DNA of 64,000 nt from an uncultured Solirubrobacterales bacterium (GTDB lineage Bacteria > Actinomycetota > Thermoleophilia > Solirubrobacterales > Solirubrobacteraceae), in contig CAVZLM010000003.1 of NCBI GenBank assembly GCA_963776185.1, forward strand, positions 198,105 through 262,104. The letters are read 5' to 3'. The translations under genes and the position numbers were made by a program. The notes under the pieces were generated by a model. The model ran no database searches. It saw only the letters and a list, made by a program, of their open reading frames with translations, and was not told where the DNA came from. This document shows, piece by piece, positions 42,938-59,419 of the stretch (position 1 is its first letter; every line of letters begins with the position of its first letter).

Positions 42938-43349
42938 AGACGGGCTCGGTGGCGCCCAGTCCGCGATCCCTCTACCGGGGGCCGACTGAGCAATACGAGA
43001 AGTATAGGTGCCTATCGGTCGGTTTGACAACCTGTCTTTACATCTGGCTTGCAAGTTGCCGATGGCCCTTCCCGCCCGCTCACGCAAGGTTCCACGTGAC
43101 CCCAATCAGCTCGCCAACTCCTACCGCGCACCCCGCGATGGCGGCTGGCGTGGCTGATGGGCAGCCATCAGAGAATCAGCGGGCTCGTCGGCGACCCTTG
43201 TGATGTGTATGTACGCGCGAGGGATCTCAAGCGCGCGGGCGAGACGAAGGCGGCTTCAACGAAGCCGTACTGGCGCGCCTAAGCGAAAGAGGCCGGCGGG
43301 CAGAAACCCAGCCGAACCCTTAGACCGGCTCGCTGCGGCCAGGAGCGAC

Positions 43350-43820
43350 CTACCAGCGGTAGTGCGCGAAGGCCTTGTTGGCCTGCGCCATGCGGTAGAT
43401 GTCGTCCTTGCGCTTGTAGGCGCCGCCCTGCTGGGACTGAGCATCGAGCAGCTCGTTTGTGAGGCGCTGAGCCATCGTCTTCTCACGGCGCTGACGGGCG
43501 AACTGCACGAGCCAGCGAACCGCCAGCGTGCGCGCGCGCCTCGAGGCGACCTCGACCGGCACCTGGTAGGTGGCTCCGCCGACGCGCCTGGATTTGACCT
43601 CGAGCGACGGTGTCAGCGCCTTGATCGCGGCTTCCAGCGCCTCGACCGGGTCTTTCTCCGAACGCTCGCCGAGCAGCGCCATCGCGTCGTAGACGATCCG
43701 CTCAGCCACCGACTTCTTGCCGTCGAGCATCACCTTGTTGATGACCTGCTGCACGAGCTTCGAGCGGTAGACGGGATCCACCTCGACTGGGCGGATTTGA
43801 GCGGCTGCGCGGCGGGGCAT
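43350..43820 (-). CDS. rpsG: 30S ribosomal protein S7
   Basis: [44 protein letters not shown]...FAHYRW is present. Confidence 0.98.
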   Translation of the reverse strand: MPRRAAAQIRPVEVDPVYRSKLVQQVINKVMLDGKKSVAERIVYDAMALLGERSEKDPVEALEAAIKALTPSLEVKSRRVGGATYQVPVEVASRRARTLAVRWLVQFARQRREKTMAQRLTNELLDAQSQQGGAYKRKDDIYRMAQANKAFAHYRW

Positions 43821-43823
43821 GAC

Positions 43824-44219
43824 TTATTTTTTCTTTGCCCCGTACTGCGAGCGAGCCTTCTTGCGGTCGTTCACGCCGGCGGCGTCGAGCGTGCCGCGCA
43901 CAACCTTGTAGCGAACACCGGGAAGATCCTTGACGCGGCCACCGCGCACGAGCACGACTGAGTGCTCCTGCAGGTTGTGACCCTCGCCGGGAATGTAGGC
44001 GGTCACCTCGATCGAGCCGGAGATCCGCACACGCGCGACCTTGCGCAGCGCTGAGTTGGGCTTCTTCGGGGTTGTCGTATAGACACGGGTGCAGACGCCG
44101 CGGCGCTGTGGGGCGGCGGTCTTCTTCTTGCGTCCCTTACCGGACTTCAGGCCTGGGGTGGCGAGCTTCTTCTTCGGCGCCACGCGGCCCTTGCGCACTA
44201 GTTGGGAGGTTGTCGGCAT
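43824..44219 (-). CDS. rpsL: 30S ribosomal protein S12
   Basis: [12 protein letters not shown]...[27 protein letters not shown]...[17 protein letters not shown]. There is a ~7-aa Lys-rich insertion near the N-terminus. Confidence 0.98.
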   Translation of the reverse strand: MPTTSQLVRKGRVAPKKKLATPGLKSGKGRKKKTAAPQRRGVCTRVYTTTPKKPNSALRKVARVRISGSIEVTAYIPGEGHNLQEHSVVLVRGGRVKDLPGVRYKVVRGTLDAAGVNDRKKARSQYGAKKK

Positions 44220-44264
44220 TCGGTCGCAGATCCTAGCAGCGTGAGCGCAAAGTGGCTTCTCGAG

Positions 44265-45143
44265 CTAGGCGGCGGCTACGACACCGGCGGAGCGAACCGG
44301 TGCTGGCATCAGTGCCGCGGCGACGATCACGAGTACAAACGCCAGCGACTGCAGGACCACGCCGAGCGGGCTCGCCGACATCGGGTCACCGAACACGAGG
44401 ATCCCGCCGGCGATGCCGGCGATGTTCGCGGCCGTCCCGGTCACGGCGATCACGGGCACCGCCTCACCGTCCTGCAGGCCACGCGCGGAGGCGTAGAAGG
44501 CGACTATCGACGCGAGTACGGCGACCGCTAGCCAGGGGCTCGTCAGGACTCCGATCGCGCCATGAGCGCCAACGATGCCGGTGAGCGCCTTGATCGCGGT
44601 GTCAGAGACGCCGAAGAGGATGCCCGCGGCCCCGCCGAGCATGACGCCGTGATGCTCGACCCGGCCGCCCATGCGCGGGCCCATGATCAACAGCGCGCCG
44701 AGCCCGAACAGCCCGGCCTCGAAGGAGATCATCGCCGCCTGGGAGAAGTGCGAGTCCGCGCCGTGCATCGCCGGCAGCGTGAGACCAAGCAGGACGAGGC
44801 CAGTGGCGGTCAGCGACAGCCCGATCCACTGACGTTTGCCGACCTCGAAGCCGAACATGCGATCGGCCATCACCGCGATGAACACGACTCCGGCGGCAAG
44901 CGAGACCTGGATCACCGACATCGGCGCGAGCGCGAGCGCGGCGACGTGCAGGCCCCAGCCGCCGGTCGCGGTGATCATGCCGATCGTGAACCACTTGTTG
45001 GCGAACAGCTCGCGTCCAGAGCGCAGCGGATGAAGAACGGCCACCTTGGGGACCGAGTTGGCGCCCCGGTACTTGTAGAAGAAGCCGAGGTTGGCCACGA
45101 ATGCGCAGGCCAGAGCTAAAAGGATGCCGAAGTCTAGGGTCAT
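44265..45143 (-). CDS. Polytopic membrane protein (DMT/EamA-like, ~9-10 TM)
   Basis: 292 aa, hydrophobic throughout, e.g. ILLALACAFVANLGFFYKY and WIGLSLTATGLVLLGLTL. The family call is by architecture only. Confidence 0.5.
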   Translation of the reverse strand: MTLDFGILLALACAFVANLGFFYKYRGANSVPKVAVLHPLRSGRELFANKWFTIGMITATGGWGLHVAALALAPMSVIQVSLAAGVVFIAVMADRMFGFEVGKRQWIGLSLTATGLVLLGLTLPAMHGADSHFSQAAMISFEAGLFGLGALLIMGPRMGGRVEHHGVMLGGAAGILFGVSDTAIKALTGIVGAHGAIGVLTSPWLAVAVLASIVAFYASARGLQDGEAVPVIAVTGTAANIAGIAGGILVFGDPMSASPLGVVLQSLAFVLVIVAAALMPAPVRSAGVVAAA

Positions 45144-45328
45144 ATTTTCTGAGGGTGTGCCGGGGTTACGCAGCCAGTTCTTTGGCTGTTGGCTGCGGCG
45201 CCGCTCATCTTGGCCAACATCGACGACGCCCGTGAGTTGCTTTACTAACCAACTCCGACCTCGGCAGATTAGCGGGACTAACCTGTGTAGATGCTAAAGA
45301 CGGCCCGCTTAATAGGCTCTTAACAACT

Positions 45329-45928
45329 GTGCGACAAATGCCTCTAGGGAGCTCTGAGCGCCTTCCCCTGCCGGACAGCGGCCCGTCTGAGCCCCGCGCG
45401 CCCGTGCCGGCCGTCCCGCGAGAGAAGCCGCTGCTTCTGATCGACATCGATGGTGTCATCTCGCTGTTTGGATTTGACCTCAAGCGGCCTCCAGCGGGCT
45501 CTTTCCACTCGATCGACGGCATCCCCCACTACCTTTCCACCAAGGCCGGCGAGCACCTGCTCGCGCTCGGAGACGCATTCGATCTTGTCTGGTGCAGCGG
45601 CTGGGAGGAGAAGGCCAACGAACATCTCCCCCACCTGCTTGGATTGCCGGCCGGGCTGCCGTACTTGCGCTTCGAGCGTTCCCCGGGCAGGACCAACGCG
45701 CATTGGAAGCTCGCGGCGATCGACTCCTACGCGCCAGACCGGCCGCTGGCGTGGATCGACGACGCCTTCAACGAGGCCTGTCATGCCTGGGCCGAGGAGC
45801 GCCTGGCGCCGACGCTGCTCGTCCAGACCGCGCCAAAGCGTGGGCTGACCCACCAAGAGGCAGAGACGCTCGAGAGCTGGGCGCTCGAGCTTCGACGGGT
45901 CACACAGCAGGCCAGCTCCTGCCGCTGA
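45329..45928 (+). CDS. HAD-superfamily phosphatase-like protein
   Basis: Motif I is LLLIDIDGVISLFG (DxDGV). WCSGWE and the late acidic motif LAWIDDAF are also present. The start is GTG 45329 or ATG 45338. Confidence 0.6.
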   Translation: MRQMPLGSSERLPLPDSGPSEPRAPVPAVPREKPLLLIDIDGVISLFGFDLKRPPAGSFHSIDGIPHYLSTKAGEHLLALGDAFDLVWCSGWEEKANEHLPHLLGLPAGLPYLRFERSPGRTNAHWKLAAIDSYAPDRPLAWIDDAFNEACHAWAEERLAPTLLVQTAPKRGLTHQEAETLESWALELRRVTQQASSCR

Positions 45929-46220
45929 TGCCAGATCCATCGCCCTCAGTGCTTTCAGTCGTCCAAGAACTAAGCCCGGGCTATGTGCAACCAGGCACCG
46001 TGAACGGCTAGATGATTTTTTCGTTGCCCATGCTGGAACGCATGATAGTCGTTATCGGTGCGTCCTCTGCTTCCTAGCGGCTTTCAACGAGCGTTTCTTT
46101 CAGGACATGCTGCGCGTGGCAGGACAGAGGATTGGTACCGATGCTGCCGAGAGCGACGAGAACTCTACGCCAGCACGGCCCGGAGTCAGTTGACTGCGTA
46201 TATCTTGGGCCTCGTCACCC

Positions 46221-46248
46221 AACAAAAAAGCGGCCGAGTTATCCGGCC
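46221..46248 (-). terminator. Rho-independent terminator after the AbrB-like gene
   Basis: Minus strand reads GGCCG-GATAACT-CGGCC followed by GCTTTTTTGTT. The TAA stop lies in the loop. Confidence 0.5.
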
Positions 46249-46508
46249 ACGCCTCGAGGACTGCGCGATGGGGCGTCAGGATCGTGGTCAGCGAGAATCC
46301 GAAGCGCCTCGCCGTGTTCGGCGACGACACGCTCGCCGATGTCTCGGATGCGCTCGCGGACCTTCTCGGTCGAGGTGATCCGCAGATCTCCGCCCGGAAG
46401 TCCCTCCACCAGCACGGAGGAGCCCGGGGCATAGCCGTGGCCCTCGAACTCCCTGGGGATCGAGATCACGTTGCTGTTGCCGACACGACGAACCTTCACG
46501 ATCTTCAC
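46239..46508 (-). CDS. AbrB/MazE/SpoVT-family DNA-binding protein (orphan antitoxin-like)
   Basis: (V)KIVKVRRVGNSNVISIPREFEGHGYAPGSSVLVE is a swapped-hairpin (SpoVT_AbrB) N-domain pattern. The start is placed at GTG 46508, 6 nt after TATACT, so the gene is a leaderless candidate. Confidence 0.72.
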   Translation of the reverse strand: MKIVKVRRVGNSNVISIPREFEGHGYAPGSSVLVEGLPGGDLRITSTEKVRERIRDIGERVVAEHGEALRILADHDPDAPSRSPRGVAG

Positions 46509-46535
46509 GCACACAGTATATACATGAATATCCGG

Positions 46536-46549
46536 CTCGAGATCTCGAG
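46536..46549. promoter_or_regulatory. Perfect 14-bp palindrome (operator candidate) upstream of the AbrB-like gene
   Basis: CTCGAGATCTCGAG lies about 20 nt upstream of the AT-rich -10-like TATATACT (46515-46522 on the minus strand). Confidence 0.4.
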
Positions 46550-46605
46550 GAGGCTCCCGGCAGACGTCGATCCCTGTCGGGGACCGGTCCCGGTTTGTCC
46601 ACCTT

Positions 46606-46640
46606 CAAAGAAGCGCGGCCGGGCATAGACCCGACCGCGC
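46606..46640 (-). terminator. Rho-independent terminator of rpoC
   Basis: Minus strand reads GCGCGGTCGGG-TCTAT-GCCCGGCCGCGC, an 11-bp stem with one G-U pair. TTCTTTG follows, about 40 nt after the rpoC stop. Confidence 0.6.
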
Positions 46641-46679
46641 GTGAAACCCTGAGCCTGCGGGGACCTCGTCCCGCGGGAA

Positions 46680-50762
<4,083 letters not shown>

Positions 50763-50888
50763 CTGGTGCGCTTTCGCTCGCGGGTCAATCAGGAATCAGG
50801 TCGCGGTTCTCGTGTGACTGGGCCGCTCGAACCGTTGAGCGGTGAAGGGGGCCGCCGGTGCCGAGCGGCGACCCCTTTCGAGTTGCGT

Positions 50889-54539
<3,651 letters not shown>

Positions 54540-55035
54540 GAAACGACTCCTTCGGAGGCATGAGACGGGCAGAGGAGGGCGCACGAAGCGCGACCAGCAA
54601 AGATAGCACAGGTCATCGATGCCCTTAAGTGGGGCTGCCAGCTCTCACGGACCCCGCCCCCTCGATCGACGCGTATGTGGCGCGAGATCGTCTGCTGAGA
54701 GCGGCTACGGCTATTGGCCAGCGCACGGGACTTTACCGGAAAAAGCGGCCAATTGTTAGCGATTTCTAAAGACCCCGACCTCAGGTCGCGATGGCGCAGC
54801 GAGGCCCGCCCCTGCTCGCTGCGAGGCAGAGCGCCAGCAAGCCGCGCCCTTCGTGTCCACCCCGGGAGCTCTCGCGCCTGTGGCAATCGGGCGCCGGCCT
54901 GCTCGCTGACCAACGGCCGTCTGCTCTGCGAAGGGCCCGGTCCCCCGCGGCGCGGCTCGCCCGCACGTCGATCGGCTGCATCGAGAAGGACCCGCCCGGC
55001 ACACGAGCCGCCGAGCCCGCTCCCACGATCGGACC

Positions 55036-56199
55036 TCAGTCCCCTTGTGTTGCTGGCCTCTCCCCCTGCTCCAGGCCGCCGTGTTCCTCTGGCGGCGCCG
55101 TGTCCGCGCCGTTTCGCGAGGCGTCGAGGCTGTTGGCGCGGGCGGCGTCGAACAGGGCTCGTCCCTGAGAGATCATGCTGGCCGTGACACGGGCCAAGCC
55201 GTCGGCGCCGTCGAGCATCGTGATGTTGGCGTTGGCGAGCCCCTTGCTCGCTCTCTCGACGATCTCCGGGAGCTGTTCGATCAGCCGAAGGTCGAGCGAC
55301 ACCCGGTCGTTCGACGCGGCCGCCTCGGCTCTCACTCTGGTGGCATCGGCGTCGGCCTCCGCTTCTATCTTCGTCTTCTGGGCCTGCGCCTCGGCGGGCT
55401 TGACGACCTCGGACTGAAGCTGCTGCTGACGCAGGTCCGCCTTGTTCTGCGCGAGCTCTGTCTGCGATTCGGTGACGCCTTTCTGAGCCTCGGCTTCCGC
55501 CAGTGGCCCAGCCTGCGCAGCTTCAGCCTCCGCCTTGGTTTCTTCGCCCTTGGTCTTCGCTTTGAGCAGCGTCGTGTCGCGTTGGTATTCGGCCTGTTTG
55601 CGCTCGGACTCCTGCTGCGCCTTGGCGGATTCCTGATCGGCTTCGGCCTGGGCGATATTGGCCGACCGCTGGATGGCCGCGTTGTGGGGGGCAGCCATCG
55701 CGGTGATGTAGCCGGAGCCCATATCGTCCACGGAGGAGATCTGGAAGGAGTCGACGAGCAGGCCCAGCTTGCCCATCTCCTCCTTGGACGCTTCGAGCAC
55801 CTGCGAGGCGAGCGCCTGGCGTTGGGTGATGATTTCCTCGATCGTCATCGCCCCGATGATCGAGCGCAGGTGGCCGGCGAAGATCCGGCCGGTGAGTGTC
55901 GCCATCGAGTCCTGATCGGATAGGAACCGCTGCGCCGCATTGACGATCGCGTCGGTCTCCGGGCCGACCTTGAAGGCACAGACGGCTTGTACCCGCAGCG
56001 TGATGCCCTGCTTGGTCACGCACTGCTCGGTGACTTCGGACTCCTGCATCGACAGGCTGAGGAAGCTCACGCGCCTCAGCCCGGGAACGACCCAGGCTCC
56101 TCTCCCGGTGACAACCTTGAAGGGAGCGTGGTCGCTCCCGGGTTTGGCCCCGGCGATGAGCATCGCTTGGTCGGGGTCTGGCACGTGATAGAAGAACAT
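55036..56199 (-). CDS. SPFH/Band-7 flotillin-family protein
   Basis: The SPFH domain reads VVPGLRRVSFLSLSMQESEV...ITLRVQAVCAFKV...IFAGHLRSIIGAMTIEEI. A long Ala/Glu/Gln/Lys coiled coil (flotillin repeats) follows. Confidence 0.85.
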   Translation of the reverse strand: MFFYHVPDPDQAMLIAGAKPGSDHAPFKVVTGRGAWVVPGLRRVSFLSLSMQESEVTEQCVTKQGITLRVQAVCAFKVGPETDAIVNAAQRFLSDQDSMATLTGRIFAGHLRSIIGAMTIEEIITQRQALASQVLEASKEEMGKLGLLVDSFQISSVDDMGSGYITAMAAPHNAAIQRSANIAQAEADQESAKAQQESERKQAEYQRDTTLLKAKTKGEETKAEAEAAQAGPLAEAEAQKGVTESQTELAQNKADLRQQQLQSEVVKPAEAQAQKTKIEAEADADATRVRAEAAASNDRVSLDLRLIEQLPEIVERASKGLANANITMLDGADGLARVTASMISQGRALFDAARANSLDASRNGADTAPPEEHGGLEQGERPATQGD

Positions 56200-56206
56200 G
56201 CTGCTC

Positions 56207-56455
56207 CTAGCTCACTCGTTCGACATTGACCTTGCGACCGCCAAAGAGGTCGTAGATCACGACCTGGACACCCTGATCGATAGGCTCATCTGAATAGGCG
56301 ATGAAGGTCGTCGAAGCGCCGTTCAGCTCCACCTGTACCTCTCCGGGTCCCGCCTTGCCGCGGGTGGCGATGGTCAGGAAGCCCCGGCTGCCGATAGCGA
56401 GCGGGCGGTCGCTGTCCACATCCTTGAATTTCTTCCTGAGTCTCGCCAACACCAC
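56207..56455 (-). CDS. Short NfeD-like OB-fold protein (flotillin partner)
   Basis: IGSRGFLTIATRGKAGPGEVQVELNGASTTFIAYSDEPIDQGVQVVIYDLFGGRKVNV fits the NfeD C-terminal domain pattern. It lies 8 nt upstream of the flotillin gene. No TM region is present. Confidence 0.6.
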   Translation of the reverse strand: MVLARLRKKFKDVDSDRPLAIGSRGFLTIATRGKAGPGEVQVELNGASTTFIAYSDEPIDQGVQVVIYDLFGGRKVNVERVS

Positions 56456-56582
56456 TGTGATTATGCCGAGTGGCGCGGAGACTGTAGTTCAGCCGACGGC
56501 AACAGCTTCGCGAGCTGACGCCCCGGCGCGATGCGCACGACACCCCACACGGCCCCAAGCGCCACGGCGGGAGAGGGAGAGT

Positions 56583-56608
56583 GCGGACCCCACAGCAGCG
56601 GGGCCCGC
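56583..56608 (-). terminator. Hairpin after rplL (attenuator/terminator candidate)
   Basis: GCGGACCCC-N8-GGGGCCCGC forms a 9-bp stem with one mismatch, 18 nt downstream of the rplL stop. No U-tract follows. Confidence 0.35.
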
Positions 56609-56625
56609 CAACCCTCGATCGAGCG

Positions 56626-57021
56626 CTACTTGACCTCGACGGAGGCTCCCGCCTCCTCGAGTTCTGCCTTGAGCTTCTCGGCCTCGTCCTTCTCGATGCC
56701 CTCCTTGACGGGCTTGGGGGCCTCGTCGACGAGCGCCTTGGCCTCCTTCAGGCCAAGCCCGGTCGCGGCACGCACGACCTTGATGACCTGGATCTTCTTG
56801 TCGCCCGCAGCGAGGAGGATCACATCGAAGGTGCTCTGCTCTTCCTCTTCGGCGGCGCCATCGCCTCCGCCTCCAGCGGCGGGCGCGGCAGCGGGCGCAG
56901 CCATCGCGGCCGCGGAGACACCGAACTCCTCCTCGAGTGCCTTGATGCGCTCCGCGAGCTCGAGCACCGAAATGCCCTTGAGCTCCTCAATCCACTTCTC
57001 TGTGCTGGTGGCTGTAGCCAT
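56626..57021 (-). CDS. rplL: 50S ribosomal protein L7/L12
   Basis: It has [22 protein letters not shown] and ...[56 protein letters not shown]. Confidence 0.97.
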   Translation of the reverse strand: MATATSTEKWIEELKGISVLELAERIKALEEEFGVSAAAMAAPAAAPAAGGGGDGAAEEEEQSTFDVILLAAGDKKIQVIKVVRAATGLGLKEAKALVDEAPKPVKEGIEKDEAEKLKAELEEAGASVEVK

Positions 57022-57026
57022 TGCCT

Positions 57027-57851
57027 TCAGTCCTCCTTGGTTGCTTCGGCGGTCTCAGGCTGCTCATCAGCCGAAGCCTCCGTCTGGTTGTCGTTTTGTG
57101 CCGGCTCGTCGGACTCCGGCTCAGTCTCGTGCTCCGCGGTCGCCTCGGCGGCGGGCTCCTGCGCGGCTGGCGCCTCGGCCTCGGCCTGCGGCTCTGAGGG
57201 AGCTGGCGTCTGCGCCGCGGGCTCCTCAGCCGCCGGGGCATCGGCCTCGGCCGGCGCGGTCTCCTCCTGCTCGCCAGCCGGCGCGTCGGCCGCTGCCTGC
57301 TCGACCGCGGGCGCCTCGCCTGCGGGGATCTCGCCGGACTCCTTCTTGGCCTGCACCTGCCCGAGGGCAACCGCGAGTCCGCCGATCAGCCCACCGAGGC
57401 TCCGTACCAGGCCGCTGATGGGCGAGGCGACGACGCCGACGAGTTGCCCGTAGAGCACTTCGCGCGAGGGCAGTTTGGAGATCGAGCGGATCTGGTTGGC
57501 GTCGAGCAGGTCGCCGCGCATCACCCCGCCCTTGAACGGCAGCAGCTGCGTCGTGCGGGCGTAGTCGGCGATCACCTTGGCGGCCATGGCGAGGTCGCCG
57601 CGCACGAACGTCAGGGCGGTTGGCCCCGACAGGAAATCCTTCAGCGCCGGGGTCCCGACCTGGTCGGCGGCGCGCTCGGTCAGCGAGTTCTTGACGACCT
57701 TGAACGTGGCGTCACCGTCGCGCAGCTTGGAGCGCAGCTCAGCGACCTGGGCGACGGTGATGCCCCGGTAGTCGACAGCGAAGATCGCCTCTGAAGCCTG
57801 GATGTCGGCGGCGAGCGCATCGATCGTGGCCGCCTTCTGCTCTCGGTTCAT
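57027..57851 (-). CDS. rplJ: 50S ribosomal protein L10 with ~100-aa acidic C-terminal extension
   Basis: From ATG 57851 (GAAGGA upstream): [44 protein letters not shown]. The canonical L10 ends near aa ~170. An Ala/Glu/Pro/Gln-rich tail follows. Confidence 0.95.
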   Translation of the reverse strand: MNREQKAATIDALAADIQASEAIFAVDYRGITVAQVAELRSKLRDGDATFKVVKNSLTERAADQVGTPALKDFLSGPTALTFVRGDLAMAAKVIADYARTTQLLPFKGGVMRGDLLDANQIRSISKLPSREVLYGQLVGVVASPISGLVRSLGGLIGGLAVALGQVQAKKESGEIPAGEAPAVEQAAADAPAGEQEETAPAEADAPAAEEPAAQTPAPSEPQAEAEAPAAQEPAAEATAEHETEPESDEPAQNDNQTEASADEQPETAEATKED

Positions 57852-58109
57852 TTTTTCCTTCGCTCTCGGAAAGTTCGTGCTCGCCACCTGCAGGCAAACG
57901 AGAGAGCGCGGGATCAGCCGCTTCCGTCTCGCTCCAACCTGCCCCGGTCTTCTCCGCTGTCGCGGTGCCGGGGGTCTCGGGCGGTGCGCTTGAGTCAGTC
58001 AGTGTAGAGAGTCACGACGCCTTGCGCGTGGTGAGCGGGCGCTTTCCCCCCAACGAGTTCGCGGGGTCCGCGTCGGGCTGACGGTGCGGCGTGGCTGTGA
58101 GGGTGGCGG

Positions 58110-59339
58110 TCATGCCCACAGCCCGCTGACGGGGACTGCCCACAGCCGGTCGCCGAGGGGAAGCGTCTGTTCGCCTGAGTGGATGACCAACCCGGCGATG
58201 AACTGCTCGCCGAGGGAGTCCCTGAGCTTGACGAGGACCGACGCGTCGCTGCGCGAGAGGGTCGCTTTGGCCTTGGTCTCGATCGCGACGACGCGCCCGG
58301 ATCGGTCCTCGAGCACGAGATCGACCTCGCCGCCCCAGGCGTCGCGGAAGTGGTAGATCCGTGGATCGACCTCGCTCCAGCTGGCGTGCTTCATCACCTC
58401 CGTGGCGACGAACGTCTCTAGCGCGATGCCGGTCACGCGGTCGTCGCTTGCGATGCGTTGCTCGTCGGCGCCGAGCAGGTGCGTGAGCAGGCCGCTGTCG
58501 GTGATGTAGACCTTCGGGGCGTGCACTACCCGCGATAGGAAGCTCGGTCTCCACGCGGGGAGCGTCTGCACGAGGAAGATCGCCTCTAGCACTCCGATGT
58601 AGCTCTTGACGGTTTTCTGGTTGATTTCCAGAGCGTCGGCGACGCTGGAGTACCGCAGGAGGCTGGCCGAACGTGTGGCGAGCACCGACAGCAGCCGCCG
58701 CATTTCGTGGGCCTTCTGCAGGTCGGCGATCGCCTGGATGTCGCGCTCGAAGGTGGTCGTCAGGTAGCTCCGAAACCAGCGATCCCGGCGGCGGGGATCA
58801 CGTGCTTGGGCCTCGGGGTATCCGCCTTCGGCGACCCTCCGGGCGAATGCGGCGTGCCCGATCGGGGCTTTGCTGACGCGAGGCACCCGGCCATCGAACA
58901 GTGCGTCGATGAGATTCCCGGCGGTGCCTTCGAGCTCGGCCTGCGTGAACGGCCACAGTCGCAGGAGTTCGATTCGGCCGGTGAGAGACTCTTGAACCTT
59001 GCGTGAGGTCAGGATGTTCGCCGACCCTGAGAGCAGGAACTGCCCTGGCTGCTGGTCTCGATCGACCACCTGCTTGATCGCGAGGATCAGGTCCGGGGCT
59101 CGTTGGACCTCGTCGATGAACACCGCGCCGGTGAACGCCGCAAGGAACCCGGCCGGGTCTGCCTGGGCGGTCTCGCGGTTGGCCCGCTCGTCCATGCTCA
59201 CCATCTCCGCCGGATGCTCGCCTTCGGCGATCCCCTCGCAGAGCGTGCTCTTGCCGACCTGGCGCGCACCCTGCACCATCACGACGCGGGTATCCCCCAG
59301 CGCCTCAACGACGCGTGGGCGTATCTGACGCTCGATCAT
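58110..59339 (-). CDS. AAA_14/DUF4143-type ATPase with C-terminal PD-(D/E)xK-like motif
   Basis: From ATG 59339: Walker A MVQGARQVGKSTL, Walker B AVFIDEVQRAPD, the DUF4143-like middle region (RRLLSVLATRSASLLRYSSVADAL), and the C-terminal GGEVDLVLEDRSGRVVAIETKA. The ORF-track N-extension reads through the upstream DNA repeats. Confidence 0.85.
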   Translation of the reverse strand: MIERQIRPRVVEALGDTRVVMVQGARQVGKSTLCEGIAEGEHPAEMVSMDERANRETAQADPAGFLAAFTGAVFIDEVQRAPDLILAIKQVVDRDQQPGQFLLSGSANILTSRKVQESLTGRIELLRLWPFTQAELEGTAGNLIDALFDGRVPRVSKAPIGHAAFARRVAEGGYPEAQARDPRRRDRWFRSYLTTTFERDIQAIADLQKAHEMRRLLSVLATRSASLLRYSSVADALEINQKTVKSYIGVLEAIFLVQTLPAWRPSFLSRVVHAPKVYITDSGLLTHLLGADEQRIASDDRVTGIALETFVATEVMKHASWSEVDPRIYHFRDAWGGEVDLVLEDRSGRVVAIETKAKATLSRSDASVLVKLRDSLGEQFIAGLVIHSGEQTLPLGDRLWAVPVSGLWA

Positions 59340-59360
59340 CCTCACAAGGCTACAACGCCA

Positions 59361-59419
59361 GCCGGATAATCTGCAAAGTCTGGCCGGATAACTCGCAACT
59401 TGCGGCCGGATAACTCGCA
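59361..59419 (-). repeat. Three direct repeats phased at 22 bp immediately upstream of the ATPase gene (iteron/operator candidates)
   Basis: Plus-strand units start at 59361, 59383 and 59405. GGCCGGATAACTCGCA is exact twice, and GCCGGATAATCTGCA is a degenerate third copy. A TAGCCT -10-like hexamer sits 7 nt before the ATG. Confidence 0.85.

Noticed and set aside
58012-58554. 180-aa minus-strand ORF overlapping the 3' end of the ATPase gene
   Set aside because: It is an alternative frame of the ATPase gene and the rplJ upstream region. The product is Arg/Pro-rich with no motifs.
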